Shown piece by piece: positions 26,497-36,190 of a stretch of 64,000 nt of DNA. Origin of the DNA: a candidate division WOR-3 bacterium (GTDB lineage: Bacteria; Hydrothermota; Tepidihabitantia; Tepidihabitantales; Tepidihabitantaceae); contig JBDRTY010000001.1 of assembly GCA_039801085.1 (NCBI GenBank), forward strand, positions 310,852 to 374,851. The letters run 5' to 3'. A program made the position numbers and the translations under genes. Position 1 is the first letter of the stretch, and each line of letters begins with the position of its first letter. A model generated the notes under the pieces. It did not search any database. It was not told the origin of the DNA and saw nothing but the letters and a program-made list of their open reading frames with translations.

Positions 26497-29367
26497 ATGG
26501 TCAGGATTAGCGGGTTGCTGTTGATATTCAGTGTTTTGGGGTTTGCGGTTGAGCCGCCGGAATACGGGCTGGATTCGGTTGCGCGGAGGGCGCTGGAGGA
26601 GGCGCTGGAGGTTCAGGGGATGCGGGAGGAGGAGCTGGGGTTTTTTAAGTTGTGGGCGGTTGACAGTTTTTTCCGGCTGCGGGTGGTGGAGCGGCTGCTT
26701 TCCGGTCCGCTGGAGGTTTTGCCTTATGTTGAGGGGCAGGCCGAGGTTGTGCGGGCGCGGTGTCGGAATCGGGCAGGGCTGGTGCGGCATCTTTATAATG
26801 AGGTCGATGTCGGGCTGGAGCGCCGGGATTCGCTGCGGGTGGCAGGGGAGGTTGCCAGGGAGCTGGAGCGGAGGGGCGGTTGTGTCGGGGTTGAGGGTGC
26901 GGTGAATGTCATTGCCGCCGGGTTTGCGGTGGGGAGGCGGTATCTGGAGCGGGCGGTGGCAGGGATTTCCCAGGAGGAGCTGGATGTTCTGGTTGGCGAG
27001 GCGCCCGGTTTTTGGCGGGATGAGGATGATACGCTGGAGCGGGGTTTTGCCGGACGGCTGCATGAGGAGTTCGGCCGGGTTTATGATACGAGCCGGGAGG
27101 TTAAGTCCGAGACGCTTTTGGCATATGCCCGTAAGATCGATCGCCGGGCGCTGGCACTTGCCGGGCTGGCGGTGGTGGGCGCGGTGGAGCGGGCGGTGGC
27201 GGTTTTGAGGGCTGTGCCCAGGGATTCAGGGGGGAGTTTTACGGTTGAGGGGGTGAGAGGAGGGGTGGTTTTTTGTCAGGAGAGTGAGTGGGGGAGGGTT
27301 GTTGTCGGCGGTGTGGGTGATAATGTTTATGAGGCGCCGGCAGCGGTAGTTATTGATCTCGGGGGTAATGATATCTATTATAACCGGGCAGGCGGGGCGG
27401 TCGGCATTCTGGATCACCCGTTCGGGGTGGTGATTGACCTTGAGGGTGATGACCATTATCTTTCCGAGAGGCTTTTTTCCCAGGGGGCGGCGCTTTTCGG
27501 GTGCGGGGTGCTTTTTGATCTTGCCGGGGATGATGTGTATCGCGGTGGTCACTATAGTCAGGGGGCAGGTGTGTTCGGGACCGGTGTGGTTTATGATGGG
27601 GGAGGAAGTGATATTTATGATGCGGGTTTTTTTGCCCAGGGAGCGGGTCATTACGGGGTCGGAGTGGTGGTTGATGAGGCAGGGAATGACAGTTACCGTT
27701 CTTTCTGTTATTGTCAGGGGTTTGCCGGGACCTGGGGGTACGGGCTGCTCGCAGAGCTGGGGGGGAATGATCTTTATTATGCGGGCGGAAAATATAAGCA
27801 TGAGCCGCTTTTGCCCAGGGAGTACCGGTCGTTTGCCCAGGGTTATGCGATCGGGGTGAGGCCGGATGCCGGCGGGGGGATCGGTTTTCTGTGTGATTTT
27901 CAGGGGAATGATTTTTATAATGCCGAGGTCTATGCCCAGGGGACGAGTTACTGGTATTCACTCGGGATGCTTTATGACCAGGAGGGTTTTGACCATTATA
28001 CCGCTGCCCAGTATTCGCAGGGCGCAGGGATTCACCTGTCAGTGGGCGCACTGGTGGATGAGGAGGGGAATGATTCGTATTTTTCCCGGCTTGGTCCGAG
28101 TCAGGGGGAGGGGCATGATCTTTCAGTCGGGGTGCTGGTGGACCGTAAGGGGGATGACGGTTATTATGCGTCTGGCGGGCAGGGGATCGGGCTGACGAAT
28201 TCGGTTGGGCTGTTTGTTGACCAGGATGGTAATGACTGGTATATGGCATCAGAGTCGCTGATCAGTCAGGGCTCGGCGAACTGGGCACGGGGGTTCGGCG
28301 GGATCGGGCTGTTTCTGGATTTGGCAGGGAGGGACTGGTATCCGGGGAGGAATGTGGCAGGAGATCAGAACCGGTGGACCAAGGGGACCTACGGGTCAGG
28401 AGTTGATCTGCCCCGGCCGGCAACGGTGGTTGACTGGGAGCCGGATGTTGACACTTCCGAGGCGAGCATTGATTCGGTGATCACCGCACCGGTGGAGAGT
28501 GTGTTTAAGACCGCATCGATCTGGGCGGTGGGGAATGCCCGGAAGAGGGTGCTGCGGGCAAGAAAGGAGCTGATCCGGCTGGGGAGAAAAGCAGTGGAGT
28601 ATGTCGTTGAGCATAAGCTGGATACCAAGGACGGGCTGGAGTCGGAGGCGATTGCCGCATTGATGAGGGCGCTGCCCGATACCGCCAAGCCTTATCTTTT
28701 CCGGGGGCTGCGGGATGAGCGGTTTCTCGCCCGGCAGAATTCGGCTTACTGGCTGGGGGAGATGGGCAGTAATGCCCGGGATGCGGTGGATTCAATTCTG
28801 CTGGCACTCAAAGAGAAGCGGATTACACCCAGACGGGCGGTTTATGCGCTGGGGTCAATCGGTGATTCGCTGGTGGTGCCGGAGATTCTTTATCTCCTGA
28901 GGGATACAATGGAGGTTTCCCGGATCGTGACCGCAGAGGCGTGCGGTAAGCTGAAGAATCCGGTGGCGATTGAGCCGCTGATCGCAACTCTGAATGATCC
29001 GCTGTTTACCGTGCGGAGTGCCGCCGAGGCGGGGCTGGTCGCCATCGGGGAGCCGAGCGTTGACCCGCTGCTCCGGAGTCTGGCGGAACAGAAGGTGCCG
29101 GCATTGGGGCACAGTATCCGGGCGCTGGGGCAGATCGCGGTAAAACTTGACAGCGTTCAGGCAGAACCGGTAAGGCAGAAGTGCCGGAACCGGCTTGTCT
29201 CCTGTCTCCGGCATCCGGCACCGTTTGTCCGGCTGTGTACCGTGGAGGCGCTGGGCCGGATGCTGGACAGTGAAACCCGGGCGCGGCTGCGGGCAGAAAT
29301 GGAGAGGGAAACCGACCTGTTTGTGCTTAATGCCTACCGGCAGGTGCTGAGTGCTCCCGGAAAGTAA
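26497..29367 (+). CDS. Large secreted repeat protein: about 12 tandem 22-aa G(N/D)D-x-Y...QG-x-G repeats (beta-helix-like), plus C-terminal HEAT/PBS-lyase repeats
   Basis: Repeats GNDIYY, GDDHYL, GDDVYRG, GSDIYDA, GNDSYRS, GNDLYYAG, GNDFYNA, GFDHYTA, GNDSYFS, GDDGYYAS, GNDWYMA, GRDWYPG. HEAT-like AVYALGSIGD..., ACGKLKNPVAIEPLIATLND. Confidence 0.55.
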   Translation: MVRISGLLLIFSVLGFAVEPPEYGLDSVARRALEEALEVQGMREEELGFFKLWAVDSFFRLRVVERLLSGPLEVLPYVEGQAEVVRARCRNRAGLVRHLYNEVDVGLERRDSLRVAGEVARELERRGGCVGVEGAVNVIAAGFAVGRRYLERAVAGISQEELDVLVGEAPGFWRDEDDTLERGFAGRLHEEFGRVYDTSREVKSETLLAYARKIDRRALALAGLAVVGAVERAVAVLRAVPRDSGGSFTVEGVRGGVVFCQESEWGRVVVGGVGDNVYEAPAAVVIDLGGNDIYYNRAGGAVGILDHPFGVVIDLEGDDHYLSERLFSQGAALFGCGVLFDLAGDDVYRGGHYSQGAGVFGTGVVYDGGGSDIYDAGFFAQGAGHYGVGVVVDEAGNDSYRSFCYCQGFAGTWGYGLLAELGGNDLYYAGGKYKHEPLLPREYRSFAQGYAIGVRPDAGGGIGFLCDFQGNDFYNAEVYAQGTSYWYSLGMLYDQEGFDHYTAAQYSQGAGIHLSVGALVDEEGNDSYFSRLGPSQGEGHDLSVGVLVDRKGDDGYYASGGQGIGLTNSVGLFVDQDGNDWYMASESLISQGSANWARGFGGIGLFLDLAGRDWYPGRNVAGDQNRWTKGTYGSGVDLPRPATVVDWEPDVDTSEASIDSVITAPVESVFKTASIWAVGNARKRVLRARKELIRLGRKAVEYVVEHKLDTKDGLESEAIAALMRALPDTAKPYLFRGLRDERFLARQNSAYWLGEMGSNARDAVDSILLALKEKRITPRRAVYALGSIGDSLVVPEILYLLRDTMEVSRIVTAEACGKLKNPVAIEPLIATLNDPLFTVRSAAEAGLVAIGEPSVDPLLRSLAEQKVPALGHSIRALGQIAVKLDSVQAEPVRQKCRNRLVSCLRHPAPFVRLCTVEALGRMLDSETRARLRAEMERETDLFVLNAYRQVLSAPGK

Positions 29368-29405
29368 AGTTTGCATCACCACGGTCTTCGGAGTAAAATT
29401 CAGCG

Positions 29406-30080
29406 ATGCGCATGCTGACATTAACTTTAATGGTGTTCAGTCTGGCGGCGGCGGTTAACATTCTGCCCAACCCCTCATTTGAGGTCTGGCTGGATACGCT
29501 GGGCGTGAACATGCCGCTGGGCTGGTTGACCTCAGAGCTTACCCATCCGGGTTCGGCACAGAAGGATACCATCAGTCATTCCGGTTTCTACGCGCTGAAG
29601 CTGACTGGCGGGGATACGGTGGCGTTTGCCACTTCGGTTACGGTTGTCCGGAGTGGACTGAGTTATGAGTTCAGCGGTTATGCCAATGTGCCCGGAATCG
29701 TCAGCGGCGGGTTTGTGCTTCAGTTTCTGACCCTGAGTGGCGGTCTGATCGGTACACCGCAGTTGATCCCGGTCTATTATTCCAGTGGTTACCGGCGCTA
29801 TTCCCGCTGGATCACCGCACCCGATTCGGCATTTTTTCTTACGGTGTCGTGCATCGCTCTGCCCGGCGGTTTGGTTTATTTCGATGATGTTACGGTCGAT
29901 GACACCTCACTTCTCGGCATTAGGCAGCCGGCACCAAACAGACCATCTCGCCTCCGGATAAGCAAGCTGGTGGCACCGGTTCCCTTCGGCAGTGCACCGG
30001 AAGTCCGGCTTTATGATGTCCTGGGCCGCCGGGTTTACGGGCGGAAACGGACCGGAGTCTATTTTCTCATCTCCGAGTGA
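29406..30080 (+). CDS. Small secreted protein with a CBM4/9-like N-terminal region (NILPNPSFE) and a short T9SS-like C-terminus
   Basis: Signal peptide. Ends ...EVRLYDVLGRRVYGRKRTGVYFLISE. Confidence 0.4.
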   Translation: MRMLTLTLMVFSLAAAVNILPNPSFEVWLDTLGVNMPLGWLTSELTHPGSAQKDTISHSGFYALKLTGGDTVAFATSVTVVRSGLSYEFSGYANVPGIVSGGFVLQFLTLSGGLIGTPQLIPVYYSSGYRRYSRWITAPDSAFFLTVSCIALPGGLVYFDDVTVDDTSLLGIRQPAPNRPSRLRISKLVAPVPFGSAPEVRLYDVLGRRVYGRKRTGVYFLISE

Positions 30081-30127
30081 GCGCATACGGGGATTGACAT
30101 CGGTAATTTGGTGATTATCATTGACCC

Positions 30128-32029
30128 GTGATTAAGGTTGTTGTCCAAGGAGAGGAACGGCAGGTTGAACCGGGTTTGACTGCCGGTGCCCTGCTTGCTG
30201 ATGAGCGGGCGCTGGCGGCGCGGGTGAACGGCCGGCTGGTGGATCTTTCCTTCCGGATTGAGGAGGATGCCACAATCGAGCCGGTGTATTTTGAGTCCCG
30301 GGAGGGCAGGGAGATCTTCTGGCATTCGGCTTCGCATCTGATGGCGCAGGCGGTGAAGCAGCTTTATCCCGAGGCAAAGGTGACGATCGGTCCGGCGGTG
30401 CCCGAGGGGTTTTATTATGATTTTGATGTTCCTGAGCCGTTTACCGAGAAGGATCTGGAGAGAATTGAGGCAAGGATGCGCGAGCTGGCGACACAAAAGA
30501 TTCCGATTGTCCACAGGTATCTGCCCCGGAAGGAGGCGCTGAAGCTTTTCTCCGGGCGGAATGAGACTTATAAGCTGGAGATTATTAACGAGATCCCGGA
30601 TGAGCAGATATCGGTCTATGAGCAGGGGGATTTTGTTGATCTGTGCCGGGGACCGCATGTTCCAGATACCGGCAGGATTAAGGCGGTTAAGCTTCTGAGT
30701 GTTGCCGGTGCCTACTGGCGCGGTGATGAGCGGAACCGGATGCTTTCCCGGATTTACGGGGTCGCCTTTCCGGATGAGGCGCTGCTTAAGGAGCATCTGG
30801 AGCGGCTGGAGGAGGCAAAACGGCGCGATCACCGGAGGCTGGGACCGGCGCTGGGGCTGTTCAGTTTTCATGAGGAGGCGGGTGCCGGGCTGGTGTTCTG
30901 GCATCCAAAAGGGGCAACAGTTCGCCGGCTGATTCAGGAGTACTGGGAGAGGGAGCATTTAGCTGCCGGCTATCAGCTGGTGGTGACACCGCATATCGCC
31001 CGGAGTCAGCTGTGGCATCAGTCCGGACATTATGATTATTACCGGGAGAATATGTATATTCTGCCAGTGGAGAATGAGGAGTATGTGCTGAAGCCGATGA
31101 ATTGTCCCGGGCATATTCTGATTTACCGGACCAGGGTCCATTCCTATCGGGAGCTGCCGTTGCGGATGGCTGAATGGGGCACAGTTTACCGCTATGAGCG
31201 TTCCGGTGTGCTGCACGGGATGATGCGGGTAAGGGGGTTTACTCAGGATGATGCCCATATCTTCTGCACCCGGGAGCAGGTGGAGGAGGAGATTTACGGT
31301 GTGGTGGCGCTGGCACTGAAGATGCTGCGGCAGTTCGGGTTTGAGCGGTTCTCGGTATCCCTGTCGGTCCGGGACCCGAAGCATCCGGAGAGGTATCTGG
31401 GTACGGATGAGCAGTGGCAGGTGGCAGAGGGTTCGCTCGTTAAGGCGCTGGAGCGGGTGGGGCTGGATTTCGTCCGGGCTGAGGGGGAGGCGGTGTTTTA
31501 CGGTCCGAAGATCGATATCCATCTCGCCGATTCGCTGGGCCGGGAGTTTCAGTGTTCTACCTGTCAGTTTGATTTCAATCTGGGTGGCAAGTTTGATGTG
31601 TATTATATGGATCAGTATGGTCAGCATCTGCCGGTCTATCTGGTGCACCGGACCGTCCTGGGTTCAATCGAGCGGTTTATGGGGATCCTGGTTGAGCATT
31701 ACGGCGGGGCGTTTCCGGTCTGGCTGGCACCGGTGCAGGCGCGGGTGATGACCGTGACCGAGAAGGAGAACGGCTATGCGCAGGAGGTTTACGAGGCACT
31801 GCGAAAGGCTGATGTCAGAGTTGAAATTGATCTGAATAATGATAAAATTAACTACAAAATTGGTGAGGCAGAGCGGGAGAAGATTCCCTTTATGCTGGTG
31901 GTCGGGGCACGCGAAGCCGAGGCAAGGACCGTCGCACTCCGCCGCCGGGGTAAGGGGAATCTGGGCGCAATGCCGCTGGAGAAGGTAATAGCACTAATCA
32001 AGGAGGAAGAATCTGGAAGGACACGGTGA
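30128..32029 (+). CDS. thrS: Threonine--tRNA ligase
   Basis: TGS N-terminal domain, class II aaRS motifs, HxxxH, C-terminal anticodon-binding domain. 633 aa. Confidence 0.9.
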   Translation: MIKVVVQGEERQVEPGLTAGALLADERALAARVNGRLVDLSFRIEEDATIEPVYFESREGREIFWHSASHLMAQAVKQLYPEAKVTIGPAVPEGFYYDFDVPEPFTEKDLERIEARMRELATQKIPIVHRYLPRKEALKLFSGRNETYKLEIINEIPDEQISVYEQGDFVDLCRGPHVPDTGRIKAVKLLSVAGAYWRGDERNRMLSRIYGVAFPDEALLKEHLERLEEAKRRDHRRLGPALGLFSFHEEAGAGLVFWHPKGATVRRLIQEYWEREHLAAGYQLVVTPHIARSQLWHQSGHYDYYRENMYILPVENEEYVLKPMNCPGHILIYRTRVHSYRELPLRMAEWGTVYRYERSGVLHGMMRVRGFTQDDAHIFCTREQVEEEIYGVVALALKMLRQFGFERFSVSLSVRDPKHPERYLGTDEQWQVAEGSLVKALERVGLDFVRAEGEAVFYGPKIDIHLADSLGREFQCSTCQFDFNLGGKFDVYYMDQYGQHLPVYLVHRTVLGSIERFMGILVEHYGGAFPVWLAPVQARVMTVTEKENGYAQEVYEALRKADVRVEIDLNNDKINYKIGEAEREKIPFMLVVGAREAEARTVALRRRGKGNLGAMPLEKVIALIKEEESGRTR

Positions 32030-32033
32030 GCAG

Positions 32034-32564
32034 GTGGTGAGGGAGGGACTTAAGGACCGGCCCAGGGCAAATGAGCAGATCAGAGTGCCGTATGTCCGGG
32101 TGATCGGGGTGGATAAGCGGCCGATCGGTATCCTGCCGACACGGGAGGCGATTGCCTTAGCCCGGCGGCAGAATCTGGATCTGGTGATGCTGGCGCCGAA
32201 TGAGGAGCCACCGGTCTGCGGGATCATGGACCTGGGACGGTACCTGTATGAGCAGAAGGCTCGACAGCGGGAGTCGAAGAAGAAGCAGCATCAGACCCAG
32301 GTGCGGCAGATACGGATGAAGATGAAGATTGACAAGCACGACTATGAGGTGAAGCTGAAGAAGATGCGCGAGTTTCTGGCAGATAAGGACCGGATCAAGC
32401 TCGTGCTCTGGCTGAGAGGACGGGAGGTGCTGCATACTGATCTGGCGATGCAGCTGATTGAACGGATCAAGCAGGACCTGGCAGATGTTGCCAAGGTGGA
32501 AGGACAGGTAAGACTTTTTGATGAAGGAAAGAAATCTATTCAGTTAATGCTGGTGCCAAAATGA
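32034..32564 (+). CDS. infC: Translation initiation factor IF-3 (GTG start)
   Basis: IRVPYVRVIGVDKRPIGIL...ALARRQNLDLV. Conserved position downstream of thrS. Confidence 0.85.
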   Translation: MVREGLKDRPRANEQIRVPYVRVIGVDKRPIGILPTREAIALARRQNLDLVMLAPNEEPPVCGIMDLGRYLYEQKARQRESKKKQHQTQVRQIRMKMKIDKHDYEVKLKKMREFLADKDRIKLVLWLRGREVLHTDLAMQLIERIKQDLADVAKVEGQVRLFDEGKKSIQLMLVPK

Positions 32565-32758
32565 AGATGAAATTGAAAACACTGAGTTCGTTGAAGAAGC
32601 GGGTGAAAAAGACCGCAACCGGGAAGTTTGTCCATGCCCACAGCGGGACCAGTCATAATAACAGCGCCAAGACCAGCCGGCAGAAGCGGTTGCTCCATCG
32701 TCCGGCAGTGGCAGATGAGACGAAGGTTAAGGCGTTAAAACGGCTTATGCCCTACTGA
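32561..32758 (+). CDS. rpmI: 50S ribosomal protein L35
   Basis: MKMKLKTLSSLKKRVKKTATGKF. 65 aa. Confidence 0.85.
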   Translation: MKMKLKTLSSLKKRVKKTATGKFVHAHSGTSHNNSAKTSRQKRLLHRPAVADETKVKALKRLMPY

Positions 32759-32771
32759 AAAGGAGTGTCGA

Positions 32772-33131
32772 ATGGCACGAGTCAAGACCGGACCGGCAAC
32801 AAGGAAACGGCGGAAGAAGTGGCTTAAGCAGGCAAAGGGTTACTGGGGTGGGAAGTCCCGGCTTTACAAGAGCGCCCGGCTGCAGGTGATGCACGGGCTG
32901 ATCAGCGCCTACCGGGACCGCAAGCAGAAGAAGCGGGTTTTCCGTTCGCTGATGATTACCCGGATTAATGCGGCGCTGGAGCCGTATGAGCTGAGTTACA
33001 GCCGGTTTATCAACGGATTGAAGAAAGCCGGCGTCACGCTGGATCGCAGTGTCCTTTCAGAGGTTGCGATTCAGGCGCCGGAGGATTTTGCCCGGCTGGT
33101 AGAGCTGGCAAAGCAGAACCTCGCCAGTTAA
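32772..33131 (+). CDS. rplT: 50S ribosomal protein L20
   Basis: MARVKTGPATRKRRKKWLKQAKGYWGGKSRLYK. Confidence 0.9.
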   Translation: MARVKTGPATRKRRKKWLKQAKGYWGGKSRLYKSARLQVMHGLISAYRDRKQKKRVFRSLMITRINAALEPYELSYSRFINGLKKAGVTLDRSVLSEVAIQAPEDFARLVELAKQNLAS

Positions 33132-33162
33132 TACCCGGATTCAGTCGCCGTAAAATAAAAAG

Positions 33163-33237
33163 TCGGGGCGACCCGATTTGAACGGGCGACCCCCAGCACC
33201 CCAAGCTGGTGCGCTAAACCAACTGCGCCACGCCCCG
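33163..33237 (-). tRNA. tRNA-Pro (anticodon GGG)
   Basis: Reverse complement gives acceptor CGGGGCG/CGCCCCG, anticodon loop TTGGGGT, T-loop TTCAAAT. Confidence 0.75.
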
Positions 33238-33305
33238 TGTCATCATTTTAGAAAAGAACCGGGTCCAAGTCAAGTTTTGGTCGCTGTGCCCGGTATTTCC
33301 TGAGT

Positions 33306-33740
33306 CTACTCCAGCGGTACTGCCCAGACATAAATTGAATCCAGCGTGAGTTTGGGCAGGCGGCAGATAAACTGAACCTGCCAGCCGGCGAGCTCATGCG
33401 GCTGGGCATCAGGAGCAAAATAGCGGATGATCAGCCGGCGGTTAGCCGAGTCCAGTCCCGCATAGGAGAAGCGGAATTCAAGCGGCGATTTGACATCATA
33501 GCGCTGGCGCACGAGCTGGCGCAGGAGATTTTCATTTGCTTCAATGTCGTGACGCAGTACCGAGATCTGGGGCTGGAGCGGATGGTCCGGGGGCAGGGGC
33601 TGATGGTAATGAGGGTAATAGCCGGTAATGACCGGTGGCGGGTTTGATGAGGAAAGTCTGATAATCCGGGACTGGCGGGGACAGTAAACCGTTAATGCGG
33701 GTATGAGCATTAGCAGGATTTTGCAGGTGCGCATATTCAA
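33306..33740 (-). CDS. Hypothetical small secreted protein
   Basis: Signal peptide MNMRTCKILLMLIPALTVYC. 144 aa. Confidence 0.4.
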   Translation of the reverse strand: MNMRTCKILLMLIPALTVYCPRQSRIIRLSSSNPPPVITGYYPHYHQPLPPDHPLQPQISVLRHDIEANENLLRQLVRQRYDVKSPLEFRFSYAGLDSANRRLIIRYFAPDAQPHELAGWQVQFICRLPKLTLDSIYVWAVPLE

Positions 33741-33774
33741 AGTTTAGGGTTGAGTTGGGGTCTGTCAACCCGAT

Positions 33775-33802
33775 TTGACCGGCAGATAGCCGGTTTTATA
33801 AT
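33775..33802 (+). promoter_or_regulatory. Sigma70-like promoter TTGACC-N16-TATAAT, with a small palindrome ACCGGC-AGATA-GCCGGT in the spacer
   Basis: -35 at 33775..33780, -10 at 33797..33802. Upstream of the DUF2229 gene pair. Confidence 0.4.
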
Positions 33803-33808
33803 CAGGGT

Positions 33809-34759
33809 GTGCCCAGTGTCGGGATTGCCCGGAGTCTGCACAGTTATCACCATTTTACTTTCTGGCGGGCGTTTTTTGAGGCGCTGGGATGGGAGGTGAT
33901 GCTCAGCGGCAGGACCGACCGGCAGACGGTGGAGCAGGGGGTGAAGCTGGCGCCAGCCGAGCTGTGTCTGCCGGTGAAGGTTTTTCTGGGGCAGGTTGCC
34001 CGGCTGCTCGAGCAGGCGGAGTATGTGTTTGTGCCGCGGCTGGTCTGCCGGCAGTTGAGGGGAGATTTTTATTTCGGCTGTCCGAAGGCGATTGCCCTGC
34101 CGGATCTGGTGCGGGCGATTTTTCCACAGCAAAAGGGACGCATTCTGGAGCTGGTGATTGATCAGCAGACTCAGCGCGATGAGGATGGTTTTGTCCGGTG
34201 TGCAAAGGCACTCGGTATGGACCGGCAGCGTGCTCACCGCGCCTTCCAGCAGGCAAAAATGGCTGAGGCAGGAAAATTGCGGGGACAGGGTGCCAGCCCG
34301 GCAGATTGCTTTCCGCCGGAGCGGTTGAGTTTAATGCGGGAGGCGGGCAGGGGAAAAATTGGCGTTATCGGTCATCCGTATCTGGTTTATGATGAGCATA
34401 TCAGTCTTGGGCTGCTCAGGATGATTGCGGAACTGGAGGCTGTGCCGGTGATTCCTGAAGTCGGGGAGGAGGAGCTGATTCAGGAGGCGGGCAGGGGAAG
34501 GGCGTTGAACTGGTATTATGAACTGGAGCTGATCGCGGGGGCACGGAAGATTGTCCGGGATGAGCAGGTTGACGGGTTGCTGCTGGTTTCCAGTTTTGCC
34601 TGCGGTACCGCACCGGTGGTGAATGAGCTGATCCGGCGCGAGGTGGCGGTCCGAGCCGGTCTGCCGATGCTGACGCTGCTTTTTGATGAGCACAGTGGTG
34701 AAACCGGTCTGCGCACCAGGCTGGAGGCGTTTGGGGAGCTGATTAAGGCGCGAAGATGA
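33809..34759 (+). CDS. DUF2229 / 2-hydroxyacyl-CoA dehydratase D-component-like protein (activase-associated family), first of two paralogs
   Basis: N-terminal pattern G.ARSL..Y..FTFWRAFFEALGWEV.LS..T......EQG.KLAP.ELCLPVKV. Confidence 0.45.
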   Translation: MPSVGIARSLHSYHHFTFWRAFFEALGWEVMLSGRTDRQTVEQGVKLAPAELCLPVKVFLGQVARLLEQAEYVFVPRLVCRQLRGDFYFGCPKAIALPDLVRAIFPQQKGRILELVIDQQTQRDEDGFVRCAKALGMDRQRAHRAFQQAKMAEAGKLRGQGASPADCFPPERLSLMREAGRGKIGVIGHPYLVYDEHISLGLLRMIAELEAVPVIPEVGEEELIQEAGRGRALNWYYELELIAGARKIVRDEQVDGLLLVSSFACGTAPVVNELIRREVAVRAGLPMLTLLFDEHSGETGLRTRLEAFGELIKARR

Positions 34760-35871
34760 GGGTTGCCTTTCCGTATATGGGTGATATCCGGCTGGTGCTG
34801 GAGCCGATTTTGCGCAAGCTGGGGGCAGAGGTGGTGGTGCCACCGGAGCCGAACCGGGAAACAGTTGCCCGGGGTGCCCAGCTGGCACCGGAGACGATCT
34901 GTCTGCCATTTAAGGTGACGCTGGGTAATATCCTGCAGGCACTGGAGCTGGGGGCAGATACGCTGGCATATGTCAGCGGTTCCTGGTCCTGCCGGTTTGG
35001 TTATTACGGCAGACTGCAGGCGGATATCTGCCGGGAGCTGGGCTACCGGTTCCGGCTGCTGGAGCTGCGTCGGGACCGGATGAAAGAGATTGTGCAGGAG
35101 ATACTCCAGTTGAGTGACAACAGTCTGCTCCGGGCAACAGGACGGGCATGGCAGGCGTTCCGGCTGGGCTGGTTCAAGGCGACAACGCTGGAGAGGGCTT
35201 ATGAATTGAGCCGGCAGGTGCTGCCCCAGGCGGAAAACAGGCAGGAGTGCCGCCGGCTGCTGAAAACGGTTATTGCCGAGATTGCGACGGCAGATAAGGT
35301 CCGGGAGCTTAAGCAGATTCGGGACCGGCTGGCAACCCGTTTTGCCCGGGTCAGAAGAAATGGGAGGGGTTCGGTTCTGCGGGTGAAACTGATTGGCGAA
35401 AGTTACTGCACGATTGAGCCGTTTGTCAATTTTGACTTAATCAACCGGCTCGGGGAGATGGGGGTCTGGGTTGAGCCGTTTCTCACCGGTCCGCGCTGGC
35501 TCGGTTTTCACGGGTTCCGGCTGCGGAAAGGGGAGGTGCGCAGGGCACAGCGGCTGGCAAAGAGTTACTGGCGATACTGTGTCGGTGGTGAGGATGCCAA
35601 TTCGGTCGGGCATCTGATTATGGCTGCCCGCGCCGGTTATGACGGGGTGATTCATGTCCATCCGTTTGCCTGCATGCCGAGCACGGTGGTTCAGCCGGCA
35701 CTGACAGCAGCCAGCCGGGATTATGATATTCCGTTTCTGTCCATTTCGGTGGATGAGCATACCGCCGAGGCCGGATTCCTTACCCGGGTTGAGGCGTTCA
35801 TTTCGCTCCTGGAGCGCCGTAAAATTTCAGGGAAAGGAGGTGCCGGATATGTATCTGGTGCGGGTCAGTAA
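34756..35871 (+). CDS. DUF2229 / 2-hydroxyacyl-CoA dehydratase D-component-like protein, second paralog
   Basis: Same N-terminal pattern (MRVAFPYMGDIRLVLEPILRKLGAEVVV...APETICLPFKV). Start overlaps the upstream stop. Confidence 0.45.
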   Translation: MRVAFPYMGDIRLVLEPILRKLGAEVVVPPEPNRETVARGAQLAPETICLPFKVTLGNILQALELGADTLAYVSGSWSCRFGYYGRLQADICRELGYRFRLLELRRDRMKEIVQEILQLSDNSLLRATGRAWQAFRLGWFKATTLERAYELSRQVLPQAENRQECRRLLKTVIAEIATADKVRELKQIRDRLATRFARVRRNGRGSVLRVKLIGESYCTIEPFVNFDLINRLGEMGVWVEPFLTGPRWLGFHGFRLRKGEVRRAQRLAKSYWRYCVGGEDANSVGHLIMAARAGYDGVIHVHPFACMPSTVVQPALTAASRDYDIPFLSISVDEHTAEAGFLTRVEAFISLLERRKISGKGGAGYVSGAGQ

Positions 35872-36190
35872 ATCGTTCAGCGCCGCCCATCGGATTGTTG
35901 ACCAGGGTGGCAAGTGTGAGCAGCTTCATGGTCATAATTACCGTGTGGAGGTAGTAGTCGGTTCTGAAAGGTTGAATCCGCCCGGGATGGTGGTGGATTT
36001 TAATGAACTGAAAGAAGCGGTGGCGCTTATTCTGCCGGACCATAAACTGCTGAATGAAGTTTTCGACTTCAATCCGACCGCGGAAAACCTTGCCCGCTAT
36101 TTTTATGAACAGTTGCAGAGCCGGTTTCCGGTGGTGCGGGTACGGGTCTGGGAAAATGATGAATGCTGGGCTGAGTACGAGCCGGATTAG
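35849..36190 (+). CDS. queD: 6-carboxy-5,6,7,8-tetrahydropterin synthase (6-pyruvoyl-tetrahydropterin synthase family)
   Basis: GGAAAGGAGG RBS. ...SFSAAHRI....KCEQLHGHNYRVEV (Cys-x-x-x-His-Gly-His motif). About 114 aa. Start overlaps the upstream gene's end. Confidence 0.75.
   Translation: MYLVRVSKSFSAAHRIVDQGGKCEQLHGHNYRVEVVVGSERLNPPGMVVDFNELKEAVALILPDHKLLNEVFDFNPTAENLARYFYEQLQSRFPVVRVRVWENDECWAEYEPD

Noticed and set aside
27226-28900. Several 100-300-aa ORFs on both strands inside the 26497..29367 gene (e.g. 27350..28249 -)
   Set aside because: - Their translations are low-complexity P/R/G/H-rich, as expected for alternative frames of a GC-rich repeat gene.
- A single 956-aa frame with regular repeats explains the region.
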